Origin: Camelus dromedarius | Taxonomy: Eukaryota | Assembly: GCF_036321535.1 (NCBI RefSeq) | Contig: NC_087472.1 | Coordinates: 98,892,001-98,956,000 of the forward strand | Length of the DNA: 64,000 nt | Direction of reading: 5' to 3' | In this document: in pieces, positions 1 through 13,449 of the stretch | How the letters are laid out: each line of letters starts with the position of its first letter | Position numbering within the stretch: the stretch's first letter is position 1 | Position numbers and translations under genes: made by a program | Notes under the pieces: generated by a model | The model's input: the letters and a program-made list of their open reading frames with translations, nothing else | Databases searched by the model: none | What the model was told of the DNA's origin: nothing

Positions 1-1666
1 AGGCCTGCTTTGTTTTTAAGAAATGAATCTCCTCTTACTTGCTCATGTTTCCTTGCCTATTTTTGATAGCTCCTGACCACTCTCTGACTTGTGCCAGCAC
101 AGGAGCTCTGATCACTCACAACCAAATTCTCTCTCTTGATTTGGAAGCTCATGCCACTCTCCACTGTCAGCTTAACTAACCAAACTGCAGTCACTACCTG
201 GTCCAGATTAGCCTGTCTTGGTGCAGGTGTGTGTAACCAACCTGTCTGCCTCATGTCTGCACCTTCCTTCAATACCTCTGTCATTCCATCCATCTTCTTC
301 CAGGGCATTTAGTGGGACCCAGGTTAGCTTGGTTTGAGCCATAATATGATACAACTTGGCATATTTTTAAAAATCAAAACTATAGCTGATAAAGGCTTGA
401 GAATAAGCTCTGACTTATATGACAAAAAATCTCAAACTGGAGATGAGACATTGGTTAACTAGTGAAAACTAAATTACAAGCAAAAGGAAATATTTCAGAT
501 GGCTACAAAGCTTGGCTGTTAATAGCTCTGGAATCTAACTCTTCCCAATGCCATGTGCTACCCCACATACTTGCCCCGCAGAACATGATGAGCCATTATA
601 GCCGTTGCTTTGGTGATAATTTTAATTACAACACACAAACATTTTGACAATAATTTACATCCTTAGATATTAAAAAATTAAAAAAATAAAAGTGCAGTCA
701 TGGTAAGAAGTGTTTGTGGCAGGGGTGAGAGAGATCTTTAGTATTCTTATGTAATTTGAGAATTCCCAAATCTCTTGACTTGTAAATATTATAATATGAC
801 CAAAACAATATACAATGTTAAATTTTTTGATAATCATCAAAATAAAATGCCAAGTTTCACTGAAAATGCATCTCTTGATGATAAGAATGGGGCCTTTTTC
901 ATTTACTCATGTGTTTAAGGATGACTATCACTTATTGCTAGAATGAAAAGAGGTTAGCCTCAGTTCTCATCCAGTTTTACATGTTATGTATGTAAGCATT
1001 GAGCAGGCTTGTGCACATACAGAAGTGGATGAGAAGGGGAGGAGTTTAGTTATAGCAATACCACTCAATTTTTTCAATGTCTTCTAAGTTCTATGCCAAA
1101 AATCACATGTGCTTTGCTATCAAAAACTTCTTTTAATGACTGGTCAACCAACAACTTAATGAAGTACTGTTTTCAGTTTTGCTGAAAGCACAGAATTGCA
1201 AACTGTGACTTGGCAAAGGATTTGTTATCTTCTCATTAGAACCTTTCACTTTTACAACAGTGAAATCAGTATTTCGAATTGTCACCTTGTTTAACATCAG
1301 GGAAGTTTCCACACCCGGGGCAATGCTCAATAGTTGGGTTCAGGATGATTGAGAAATAGGCTTTTCATTTTGTAAAGTAGGAGAGGTATGATTCTAACAG
1401 TAAAAGTGGGGAAGGAAAAGCAGAATGATGGTAAGCACATTCTTGGTCAGACCATTTTAGGAAAGGATACACAGGAGAGTTGAAGATCTAGAAATTGTTT
1501 CCTTTAAAACCATCCTTGCCCACGTTCCCATCAGATAATTTTTGTGTACCTGAAGGAGTCCCCAGAACCCCCTAGTCTAAAACCCTCTGCAGTTCCTTTG
1601 GCATTACTTAATGATATTCAGCAGGTTAATAATCATATATCACGCTGGGAATTTTCTTGTATTTTT

Positions 1667-1831
1667 TGGTATATATATATATTTTTTTTCTGATTGAGTA
1701 TAGTCAGTTTACAATGTGTCGATTTCTGGTGTACAGCATAATGCTTCGGTCATACATGAACATGCATATATTTGTTTTCATATTCTTTTTCACCATAAAT
1801 TACTACAAGATATTGAATACAGTTCCCTGTG
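1667..1831 (-). mobile_element. Short 5'-truncated young L1 3'UTR insertion
   Basis: Resembles the L1 3' ends at 51.1, 60.4 and 63.6 kb; T/AT-rich tail on the left; flanking direct repeat TTCTTGTATTTTT at 1654-1666 and 1832-1844. Confidence 0.85.
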
Positions 1832-2424
1832 TTCTTGTATTTTTGATTTAGAGTTTTATGTATTTAATTACTTAATTTCCCCTAAAATATTAATTCATAT
1901 TTTCCTAATTAGATTATAAATTGTTTGAACATCAGGACTAGATGTTATTTATTGCCTCATCCATTGCAATACCGTTCACAAAGCTGAAGTGTGTTTAATT
2001 GATTATTGGCGCCTGTTAACTCTGGTCTTAGCTTTATTAAAAAGTTCCTCCCTCCTTCTACCCTCCTCTTCTTCAAAACACACTCCTATAAAGATTGCTT
2101 ATCCCTAAAAATGGTCTCTACAAAAGAAGTGGTTCAGGTCTCTGTGGTTGTAGTTGTCTGGCACTGCATTTCGATCCTGGTTAACTCCCAACGACAGACT
2201 GATGTGGCAGTCAAAGGGAAACTCAGGACTCCCGAGGGAAGTATGGCACTTTAAGTTTTGAGGTATTTGAACTGCTTGTCATGACTTACAGGTGGTCCAC
2301 TACTGTATTTTGAGGGTAATTTATTTAAAATGTACAAAATTTAAATTGTTACATATTCTTGAAGGATTGAAGCCTTTATCGGTATGTGACAATATGGTGG
2401 GTGTAATAAACTTCCCTTTTTATC

Positions 2425-2887
2425 TTACATACCATCAAAATTTAAAACTTTGCTCTGTAAAAACCCTGTTAAGAGGATGAAAAGATGAGCTACAGGCTGG
2501 GAGAAAGTACTTGCAAGCCACATCTCCAATGAAGGACTCATATCTAGAATACATAAAGAACTCTCAAAACTCAACAGTGAAAAAACATGTGATTCAATTA
2601 GAAAATGAGAAAACACATCAAAACACATTTCACTGAAAAGGATATACAGATGTTAAATAAGCATATGAAAATATGTCAAAATCAGTAGCCATTAGAGAAT
2701 AAAGCCACGATGGGCTATTACTACACACCTATTGGAACAGCTAAGGTAAAAAATAGTGACAATACCAAATGCTGGTGAGAATGTGGAGAAAATATGGGTA
2801 TGTAAAATGGCATAGCCATTCTGGAAAACAATTGGACAGTTTCTTAAAAAAACTAAACATATGTTTACCATGTGACCCAGCAATCAC
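2425..2887 (+). mobile_element. Old L1 (L1MC-like) ORF2 3' fragment
   Basis: Decayed ORF2 motifs; parallels 25430-25915 and 45200-45660. Confidence 0.85.
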
Positions 2888-5084
2888 GGGTGTAGTGAGT
2901 GTGGTCCTTTGGAGCCCCACGTGTATCTTGGGGGTGACTTACTGCAAACTCCAGTTGGAATTCTCCATACCTTGTGCAATTGTGAAAGGAAGAAGCTCAC
3001 AGTCTCCAAGGTTTGGCAAAACCCCCAAATTAAAAGCTGCCTTTGACACTCCCCTTCCTACCTGTCTCCCCCAGATTATTGGTTTAACTTTTTAAAATAT
3101 TTTGGCTCTATTGATTCTCTACTTTTATTTGAGCTCAACAATGATGAGCTTTTCTATTTCTCCAGCATTTTAGTGTTTCAGCAGAGAGGGTAATTCATGC
3201 TATATAATCTGACATATAGCCTGAAATGGAAGTCTGCCAAATTTTCTTTTCTTGTGTATGTTTTTAAACTCTTTGTTTTGTAATCTCTAGTCTTCCAGAA
3301 AAAACCACACCTATTAATCCCCCCTGACACACAACCCCATGAGTCACAAAATAGTGCTTTTGTTCTATTTAGTTTTGTTTTAAATACTAACAACTGTTTG
3401 TTCAAATTTTGTGCCCCTAAAAATACTTAAGCTAGATGATTTCATTTGAAGATGAAATGGATATCCATGAGCAACATGTAGAATATCACAGTGACAATTC
3501 TAAAATAATTTTAAAGAGGTTGATATGAGCATAAACAGAGATTTCATGACAGGCTAATCTGAATAGAAAAACCTTTGCTAGCTTTCAAACAGGCTCAGAG
3601 CACATTTGCACAACCAACAGAAAGAGGCAACAAGGAATCTCTGGCTTCACCATAGAAGGTAAATGAGGACCGAAATGCTGTCATTTCTCTCGCTCTGGGA
3701 GAATTCTACCTGTGGTTTTTCCAGGAGACTAATCTGGAGTAAAATTTCTTACCAGGAGTATCCGGCAAATTTGTTTGCTTCCCTGAATTATTATCTAGGA
3801 TAAGTCCTTGGCCTGCAGGAAGCTCTGAGGTTGAGTTTAATTGAGGCAAAATGAATTCCCATTAAGCCCTTCAAGAGGAGAGAAAACAGTTTCTTCTTAA
3901 GTAACTCAAGTTCTTGGCTTCTGTAGATCTTTCTTTTCTTAAAAGAGTTATTGGGAGTTTGATTACTGTCATGATTAAAATGGTCTCCCCTTTTTGTAAG
4001 GAAGAAAAAGGAGTCTATTCATGTTTGAAAAGAAAACAGACTGGACTATCCTTCCTTTCACTTTCTTCCTTTTGCTTCAGGTACATGGCTACCTTTTGCT
4101 ATCTGCTAGGAATTTGCTTAATTAATGCTAAATATTCTCTTTTCTCTGAGTTTTGGAAGGTCCTAGAAGGCTTGCCTAAGGTTTACCTGATTGGAAAATA
4201 TATATTGACATTACATAGGCCTTTCAATTGCATCACTTCTAATCACAAATCTGCTTTTGCCGAGTTCTCTTTTTCTCCTGGCACAGGTCTCTGATAGCAC
4301 ATAACAGAGGGCACTTTCTGGTAATTAGTGCATTCCCTCTCCGTGTGACAAAATGAGCATTTGTTCAATAACAGACAATGATAAAAAAAAAATAGTAAGG
4401 TTTTGTGAATAGTACCTAAAGCAGAAAGGGAAGGCAAGCCTAGACCTTGAAAGAATAAATAAATGGTGGTGGAAACGTTATTTAAAACTCCAGACACCTT
4501 CAACTGGAATGGAAAATAAACTGAGACATAGTAAAAAAAGAACACATTATGTAACTGGTAACATGGAAATAAATCAGAGAATAATTATTCAAATACAAAA
4601 GGTATGAATTAAAGCTGAATGATATAATAATAATGATAAAACTCACATGTATATAGTTCTTTACAGTTTCTAAAGGATTTAGTGCACAAATTAATTTATT
4701 CAAGTGCCTAACAAATTAATGTATCTGAGATAATCACTTAGAAAACCTAGAAAAAAACAAAAATGCAAAAAGTAAAGTGGGAAAGAGTAGTTAAGTTAGA
4801 GAATCAATATAAAGAGAACTTGTGTCCTCTATCCAAATTATAACTCTGATCAAGTCATTTCAGGGCAAAATTTCCTCCAAGCCCTCTATTACCAACAGGG
4901 TTAAGTTCAAAGTCCTTGGTGAGGCAGATGAAGGTATACAACCTAGTTTCAGGTTACCATTTTACTCTCACCTCTAAATATCCCTCCCATCTCAAGAACT
5001 TAACATCCAGCTACACAGCTGCTCCACTGACTGATCCCATAATGGGTCATGCTTTTTCCGTTTTCTTTGTTGAGGTTTTTTTTT

Positions 5085-5656
5085 TTTTAATTATAAAAAG
5101 AATATAGTCTTGCGAAAATTTCACATTGTATAGAAGAAATATATAATATGAAAGTATAAATTTACATTCCTCTCCAACATCCCCACCCAAACTAATTATC
5201 CAGAAATAACCATTTCTAGCTATCAATAGTTTATTGGCTGTTTTTTAAAGATATTTTCTATACAAATAAAATACACGTGAAATGAAAAAATGCTATAGTA
5301 ACCCTAATCCTATATAATATGTAATATAGAGTATAATATACAATTCACACATAATATACATTTCATATATATGTGAAATATATTGTATATTTATATATAA
5401 AATATAAATATGTATCTCCTACAAGTAAAACAAAGCTTTTTTGCTTCTACCCTAAACTGATCTCATCAAAATGTCATATTCAAAAGAATCCAAATTTAAC
5501 TTTCTAAACCACTGAATTCTGATGTATGCTTTTACTAAAACCTCTTGAATGGAGAATGAAGAACAGGGAATAATAACCCAGTAAATACATACACAAACAG
5601 CAAAATTTCCAAAAATTCCTCTTTAAACAGTTCTGTCACTCAAAGTCACCATGCTA

Positions 5657-5687
<31 letters not shown>

Positions 5688-6178
5688 TTTTTTTTCTGTC
5701 TCTCTCCAACAACCTACAGCCCACCTATTTCTTTTTTCCCCAGGTAGCTCTATACCCTGCCTAATGTGAATCAAACTAGAGTCTCTAAGCTTCTGTAAGT
5801 TAGCATTTCCACCTATTATCCCTAAACAGCACTACAAAGACCCAGGACCTGAGATATGCAAACAAATAAAAATACTCCTTAGAAGTGGGGAAAGGATTGC
5901 TGTAGGTGTGCGGGGATAGATTGTATATTTACATATATATATGTGTGTATTCATGAGTGTGTATGCATATACTCATATAAACAATAATAATGATTACTCT
6001 ACATTCTGTAACCTGATGTTTGAGATTTTGCTTAGTAGCCTAAGTTACTACAGATACATCAGTCTTGTTTTCATTGATATATTACCATATGTAGAGGTAC
6101 CATAATTATTTAACTTTTTCCTAATTGGTGGACATTTAGGTTGTTTTCATTTTTTCACAATTATAAACAGTGCTGCTT
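5085..6178 (-). mobile_element. Fragmented old L1 (L1ME-like) 3' end, pieces at about 5085-5290 and 5990-6178
   Basis: Motif GGTGGACATTTAGGTTGTTTTCATTTTTTCACAATTATAAACAGTGCTGC typical of antisense old L1 3' regions. Confidence 0.55.
5657..5706. repeat. (TCTG)n(TC)n/T-rich microsatellite
   Basis: Seen directly. Confidence 0.9.
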
Positions 6179-6534
6179 CATTACGAATATATTTTGGCTC
6201 TTTCTTCTTATGGAACACTGTCCAATTTGTCCTCCTACTACTTCTACAAGAGATAGAAAAATATTTATGTTGTTTGAATTTCAATTGAAGTTCCAACACT
6301 GAGAACAACAGGTGTTAGGTATCCCCCATTATAACATTAGGGCCAAGATACTGCCAGGACCCTTTTAGGGTCTAACAAGAGGTAGAACCTCACCCCCATG
6401 ACCCCAACCAGACCATAAAGAAAGCTAAGCAATTTGAGGGGCGCTCACTAAAGAAAAGTGTTCCATAAAGGAGGGAATTTGTCAGATTTTAGTGAATTCT
6501 TGACCTAGTACGGTTTATTAGGGAATTTTCTTTC

Positions 6535-6959
6535 TCTTGTGCCCTGACCTGTTTTCAACTACCAATATCTGGTACTCTTTACCTGGATATTTTTTTCTGA
6601 AGCTTGCAGATGGCTTCTCTTCCTCAGAGAAATGTTGGGAAGCTGAAAAATGTTGGGAAACTAACACCCCAGGAGCAGCCCTTAACCAGTGGCTCTTGCA
6701 TTTGTGTATAAAATATTTGTTCCCTTGAACCTCATATAGAACTTTGAGGCAGATGTTTTACATCAGCTCTGAGTTTCCCTAGCCCCTGTTGCCTACTGAT
6801 GTAGCTTTCTTAATAACACAGCATGTACTGAGATCCTTTCTTTCCCAGTCTTACTTCCCCTCTCCTCTCTCAGTGTTTCCTGGGATCACCTTCCAAATTA
6901 ACTACTTGCGCTTGAATCCTTTCCTCGGAGTTTTTCTTAAAAGAACTCTACCTAAGACA
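6535..6959 (+). mobile_element. LTR16-family (ERVL) solo LTR
   Basis: 3' end TTTCCTGGGATCACCTTCCAAATTAACTACTTGC...CCTAAGACA; similar to 16842-17356. Confidence 0.75.
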
Positions 6960-7544
6960 TTGGAGTTGTCAGGAATCTCACTCCCAATTGGATGCTTGCT
7001 GAATTGCAAAATTCACAGGCCTATAATAGCACAGAATGTGGATATTTCTTAGGAGAATTTGATGTTGGTCCCTGAAGTTTTGAGGGCATAAATTACCAAA
7101 AAGATTTTAAGCTGCCTCTCACTTGGTGACTTCCAGAAGCAAGGCACCAGTTGGAGTAATCCATGATGCCTGGAAGAAAGCTAGCAGAGAAGTTAAGAAT
7201 GAAATGGAAGAAGTGCTCCCCCATCCCCACTGTAGGGCCATGGGTCAGGCCTGAACTGGAGGAAGAGAGGGTTGATTTGGACATGATGTTACACTTTTGA
7301 TTTATACTGGCTTCAACTTAATTGAGACCTTTTAAGATTTTAAGGCAATTTATGGTTACTGCTAGTGTTCTTATAGTTGAAAGGGACTGAATTAAAAATG
7401 GCCTGACACGTCAAAAGGGAGTAGAGAACGAGATCTTGACCAAATGCTTTAAGTCATTGGATAGGGAAAAATAATGTCATTTTCTGTTTGTATTCTCTTG
7501 AGTTCAGACTGTTTAAAAAACTAGATACATCTCCTATACCATCC

Positions 7545-7727
7545 TCTCCCACCACTTCCTAGCTAGGTGATCTTGGGCAAATTTTTAACCTCTCTACATT
7601 TCAGTTTCTTTATCTGCACAATTTAATTTTCATAGGATTGTTAGAGGATTAAATGGGAAAATGTAAGTAAAGCACTAGTCTGATACATAGTAGGTGCTCA
7701 ATAAATGCTGCTAGTGTTGTTATTATT
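7545..7727 (+). mobile_element. MIR SINE
   Basis: Core GTGATCTTGGGCAAATTTTTAACCTCTCT...CAGTTTCTTTATCTG and tail TAGGTGCTCAATAAATG. Confidence 0.85.
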
Positions 7728-7759
7728 CTGACTCCCTATAGTTGGTATCATCCATTGGT

Positions 7760-8550
7760 GTAAAACCACCAACTCATTTTTTGACCTCTCCCTCGGCCTT
7801 CTCCCATACATAACTAAGCAATTTCCTCATTCTGTCAAATCTCCCTTCATAATTACTCTCAAATCCATTGCTCCTTTTTTGTGACTACTGCCACTGAGCT
7901 AATTTTTGGCACTATTAGCCACCCAGGTTTTTACAGCAGCCTCTTCCTTGTTGTTCATCCCACCTCTTCCAAACAATTTTGTAGACCAATGTCCAAATTA
8001 GTTCCCGAAAGAATGCCTTTGGTCATGGCCTCCCTTGCTCAAAAAAATTCTCCCTTCTCTACTACAGAATTAAGTTCAGGTTATTAATCTTAGTATTAAA
8101 AGCCCTGCATAACTGACCACATCTTATATTTTTAACTTTTTTTCTATTACTATCCTGGGTGTATTCTTTGCTTCTACTTGAAATGTGCTACTCTCTGCTT
8201 CTGCAAAACACCCCACAATTTATTGTCTTCACCCTTTGATTATGCTGTTCCGGCATTCTGGAATACCCTTCCCTCTATCTCTGCATGTCAAGAACTAGCC
8301 ATCCTTTTGGCTTATGTTATAGGTCACCTATTTTATGGAGCTTTTGCTCATCCCTGCAAGTGTATGTGATATCTTTATCCTTTGAATTGCCTCCATGAAT
8401 ACTTCTTCCATGGCTACATGTTGCATTCACTGTTGTGTTATGATTATTAGGCACTTTTCTTCTTCTACTAGATTGTGAGGTTCATGAGAGGAGGAAGAAG
8501 ATCTAAATCATTTGTGTATTCCTTACTGTGTTCAATCTGTGGTTTGAAGC
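7760..8550 (+). mobile_element. L2 LINE 3' fragment
   Basis: Decayed L2 motifs, e.g. CTACTAGATTGTGAGGTTCATGAG. Confidence 0.65.
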
Positions 8551-10634
8551 TTCAACTTTAGTGTCTGCTGTATATAGCCTAAATTATGGTAGTCACTAAG
8601 CCAAGTGAGGTGAATTCATGTTAGACTAAATTCCTTCCTAAGGATTGTGAAGCACTTCAAACCCTTTAAGGAAAAAAGCAGACCATATGTAAACATAGAC
8701 TTGGATTGGATTCTGATGAGGCTTCATCCCCAATTTGATTCAGTTGGTCTTCACTGGGACCTCAGCATCATTTTTTAAAAGCCCACCTCTCCCACCCACT
8801 CATAATTCTAATATGCAGTCAGGTTTGAGGTCTAGGATCAATGATCTAGGGTACATAGATATCCCAGATAAAGATATCTCACCTTTGAGTTAAAGAGAAG
8901 AACAATGAGCAAATATATAAACTATGTATACTTTTACATGGCATTTCCTAGAGTTAATTTTTTACCTATTTTAAATAACATTTCTTCTTGGTAAAACACT
9001 CACATTTGTATTTGGGAAGTATTATTCTCTTGCATGAGTCTTTACTTCTCACCAAGGAGCTTGGTTTTTTCATTTTCTTTTAGGTAATTCATGGGGAAGT
9101 ATAAACAAACACATTCAAGAGTGACTGGTTATTGTTCTTCCCTGCTTGAATATTTATCATCATCTTTGGTTTTGACATTTATTTCAACTTCATTGATAAT
9201 TCTGCAGTGCCTTGCTTTCTTTTGACATTGCCATTTTAGTGTCTCTTGCTATTATATATATTTTGAGGGCATTATTGTGTGTGGAAATTCCCAACCTCAC
9301 TTTCACTATTACAAGTTTAATTGGCTGAAGTCACTGATTTATTGAGCTTCAGCTTGGCCTAAGCTAAGGTGTTTTCCCCTGTTAGCTGCTTGCCTGAAAT
9401 ATGGCCTCACCTGATCCACATGTTTTCCTAGTTTGCAGGTCATGAATGTATCCCTTTGCTCAGTAACCCTAAATGTTATCCTTTGTTCTTCATCTTCAGC
9501 CTTCCCAAGCTTCTCAGAGTGAATAAACTGATGCCCCTTGGCTTCATAATCATTCCATTCTATTTCTGAGCAATTTTTAGTTATATAAGTAGTGTCCATC
9601 ATAGCACCAAGTGGAGAAGTAGTAGTCATAGTAGTAACAGAGCTTGGAGAAAAGCTATCTAGTAAGCCAGACCTGAAAGACAAAAGAGAACTGGGCTTCC
9701 ACATTGTTTCCCAAGGATCCTGGCCCTCAGTTGAGCCTAGAATGTGGTTCTCTCAGGAGGAACTCATGTGTGGCTCCCAGTGACCTATGTTGGCTTAACT
9801 TTAAAGTGGGCTGGGACTTCAGTCACAGAAAGTTGATGAAAGAAAAGTAGGACCAAGGCTGGAACAAGACCTATATGTAAAGGTGGTCTCCAGTAGGGAC
9901 TAGCAATCTAAATTACCGTAGTCATTACCGCTGAGTTTGGCACAACTTTCTGTACCATGTCAGGCCTTCCTGGTTGCTCTGCTACCCATAGCCTTCACTC
10001 CCTCTCTAGCATGACCTCCTTCCACGTTCTTACTTTTGCCCACCTATTGCTTCTCCTAACCTAAAAAGCTATAAGCCAAATAGCCTGACTTGAAGAACAA
10101 CAGGGGGGAAGCCAAGATCTTACAACTTACCTCAGTTTGGGATCTCCAGGTCTGACTCAGCAGGAGCAAGGAATTTTGCCCTCCAGCTAAATGGAACACC
10201 CTCCTCCTGGAAATTTCTGGTATCTCCCCTCTTATATTTCTACAGTGGCTCTAGAGCACAGCGATGTGCCTTATCTGATTTATAGACCACACTGAAAAGT
10301 TCTAATGGAATTTAGCTCTTGGGCTCAGAAAACTTACTGTTAGGCAATTATAGCCAATTGTATAGAATCAATACATAAACACAACTTTTTGAGAGGTTCA
10401 TTTCAAATCAAGCATGTAATTAGAAGATGAAGATATGTTATATGGAATAACCAAGCATGTTCACCAAACTTAGTAATCACACCAAAACTCAAAATGTTAT
10501 TGCATCAAAAGATTCCATTTTAATATGATTTTGTATGTTTAGGTAATGTAAAGACTTTACAAATGAACCATTAAACAGAGCACTATCGTTAAGCAGTGTT
10601 ACAAATTTTGCTTAGGTATTTCAACATTAACTCC

Positions 10635-11250
10635 ACAAAATCACTTTGGAAAACTCTACTAAGGCTAAACACACACTTGCCCTATGACCCAGAAATTCCA
10701 CTCTTTGGCATACCCAGGAAAAATGAGTACATATGTCCACAAAAAGACATATGTAAGAATACTTATAAGAGCTTTATTCGTAATAGCCAAATGCTCGTCA
10801 ACAGAAAAATGGATAAATAAGTTGTAGTATTTTCATACAATGGAAAACTACACAGCAGTAAAAAGAACAAGCTACTGGTACACATAACAACATGGATGAA
10901 CCCCCATGTATATTATGTTGAGTGAAAGAATCCAGACATAAAGGAATACGTATGTATGATTCCATTTATAGCAAATTCAAAAAGAGGCAAACTAGCTGAG
11001 GAAGATAGAAGACCTAAAAATACTGGTTACCTGAGAGTGGGTGTGGATGGGAGTGTAAACTGGAAAGAGGAAGGAGGAAACTTTCGAAGGTATTGGAAAT
11101 ATTCTATATCTTGATGTGAGCGATGGATATAGGAAGGTGAGAAGGAAGGTTAAGAGGGAGTATGTACTTATATAGTGAAAATTACCATGCTGCACACTTA
11201 AGATTAGTGCATTTACATAGTTTACTCTTTCTTTATTATATCTCAAAGAA
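10635..11250 (+). mobile_element. Old L1 3' end (L1ME/L1MD-like)
   Basis: CCCTATGACCCAGAAATTCCACTC, AACATGGATGAAC, TATGATTCCATTTATA motifs. Confidence 0.85.
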
Positions 11251-11689
11251 AATTAACTCCAACATAGACTGTCAGAAAAACATAGAAGCAATTTTCCTTA
11301 AGCCATTTACATTCAAATGGCTAAAGCCAGATGTTTCAATGTTCAACACATGTGCATGTGTAAAATAATCACCCTCCGGCATATCTGATTGGTTGGCATA
11401 ACAAAAATGGCTGATGATTATACAGTCATTCTTTTGTTCAAGCAGCTCAAAGGCTATATATAAATTGATCTCACAATATGGGTGTTACGAACACAGTAAG
11501 TCTAATTCATAAGTACACTTACCTTGCATCCCAGGAGGGTTAGTTTTATAAAAAAATTTAATTTTAGTACTTAAAATCTGAATACAGACTCCTGTTTTTA
11601 TTTATTGTATTATTCTACATAGCAGAAGTACAATGAAGATTATCATGGGCCTTAACAAAATCTTGGGAGTTAGTACAGTCTGGTGATTC

Positions 11690-11830
11690 ACAGACTATTC
11701 CATTTCCTAGAAGAATGACCTTGGGCAATGACCTTCAACTGGGAATAATAGTTATGAGAATTAAAGAAACTAATATGTTTATAGGGCTTAGAACAGTGCC
11801 TGGTACATGCTAATAAATGTTAGCTACTTT
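11690..11830 (+). mobile_element. MIR fragment
   Basis: TGACCTTGGGCAA...CTTAGAACAGTGCCTGGTACA...AATAAATGTTAGCT. Confidence 0.75.
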
Positions 11831-12039
11831 ATCATTTAAAAGAAATCAGGTAGCAAGTCTAGAAAAAATTCAACTAGCATGACTTCTCCTTTCCAATACA
11901 GAGAACTCAACTTTAATGACTTTCTTTTGTAAATAGGATGTATTTTTCCAAAACAGCAATATTCTCTCATGTCAAAATCCTTTTAAAAACAGAAACTATG
12001 GGTATAAGAGTATTAGGGCACATATCTTATTATGGCAGG

Positions 12040-12175
12040 CTGAGAAGTGAGCAGAGCTACTCTAGTTAATCTCCAGACCTGTGAGTTGGAGATGAAATGC
12101 TTTTAGTTGTATACTACTGAATTTTGGAATGGTTTGTTACATAGCATTCTGTGCCAATAACTGACAAATAATACA
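12040..12175 (+). mobile_element. MLT1 (MaLR) LTR 3' fragment
   Basis: CCAGACCTGTGAG...GGTTTGTTACATAGCATT...TAATACA end. Confidence 0.65.
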
Positions 12176-12190
12176 GCTGACATTCTAGAG

Positions 12191-12394
12191 CAAAGGTTGG
12201 CAAACTATGGCCAGTGGGTCAATTCTGGCCATGGCTTATTTTTGTATAGCTCATGAGCTAAGAATGATTTTTATATTTTTACAAAGTAGTTTAAAGAAAT
12301 AAGAGGAAGAATATGCAACAGGGATCTTATAGGGCTTGCAAAGCCTAAAATACGTACTATCCGACTGTTTTCAGAAAAAGTTTGCTTATTCCTG
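12191..12394. mobile_element. MER58A-like hAT-Charlie MITE
   Basis: TIRs CAAAGGTTGGCAAACT / AGTTTGCTTATTCCTG; 8-bp TSD TTCTAGAG (12183-12190) and GTCTAGAG (12395-12402). Confidence 0.9.
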
Positions 12395-13424
12395 GTCTAG
12401 AGTGAAAGGTAAGGAAGAGAAAAGAGAAATTCTCTCCAGAGCCATGGCAAAGGAAAAGATATTTTAATGCCGACTACAACCCTGCCTGGATGGCTGTCCC
12501 CAACTAGACTTTATATGTTGTTGAGTGAGTAGAAGATCGCAGCAGCTTTTGAGGAGACCATGTATGTAGAGGGACAGGAGACTGTAGGGGTGAGTGCCTC
12601 CAGGATTGTGCTTCTGTAGCCCATTGACTAAACAATTGCTGACCATGAGGAGGCAGCACTGTTCACAGGGATAACCCAGGAAAAGACTGGCAAAACCTTA
12701 ACTGGAAATAATTTCTTCCTTCAGGTCCAATAGCAATTCATAGCCTCTCGGTTTCACTATATTTAGTTAAGACCAATTCCTAAGCCCTTCCTAGTTCTTT
12801 CCCTCCTGCAGAATTATTAATACATTTGGTATTCCTTAATCTACATTGGTAGTACTGGATTGGACAGTGGACTCCTGGGAAAACATGATGTGAAACAGCA
12901 CTCTGTGGTAGACTGGGTATGTGCTAGTATGTGCAGCTCCTGCCATTTGGGAGGTTAGCTTTGGTAGACACTGTTGACTGAGGAGGTAAAGGCAGTAAGA
13001 AGTGAACCAGAGACATTTAGTAAGCGGCATCACATTAACAGAGCCACACAACAACTGGCAACGAAAAGCAACTACTGCCTATATCCAGATGTCCGTGTTA
13101 GGTGGCAAAATAGTTCTCTATTTACTATCACTCTCTTGGTGAAGAAAGATCCTGAAAGGACATGGTCCATTAATTCTCAGTACTTATACAATATAGAGCA
13201 ACATTGTTTGTGCAGATGAAATTTTGGATTCTAAGCCATCTTTCATACTTCCTCTTACGAAAATACTATGTACAGGGGTGCAAGTGAGTGTTGCAACACT
13301 AGGTTGTTTCTTTATTAAAGAAATCTAAGTTATATTGATAATGTTTTATAACATTTTGGTTACATGTAATTTGAAGAGAGCCTGAAAATCAAATTCCTAA
13401 TTGGGAAAGAGATTCAATGTTGGG

Positions 13425-13449
13425 TGTGTGTGTGTGTGTGTGTGTGTGT
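13425..13449. repeat. (GT)n microsatellite
   Basis: Seen directly. Confidence 0.95.

Noticed and set aside
3753..3869. Minus-strand exon-like segment with good splice signals
   Set aside because: All three frames contain stops, so it is not a coding exon; a non-coding exon cannot be supported from sequence alone.
3914..4294. 126-aa ORF
   Set aside because: Starts at TTG, has a composition typical of T-rich non-coding DNA, and shows no recognisable domain.
12439..12590. Exon-like segment with GCCATGG Kozak context and a GTGAGT donor
   Set aside because: The ATG frame stops after 7 codons; no further support.
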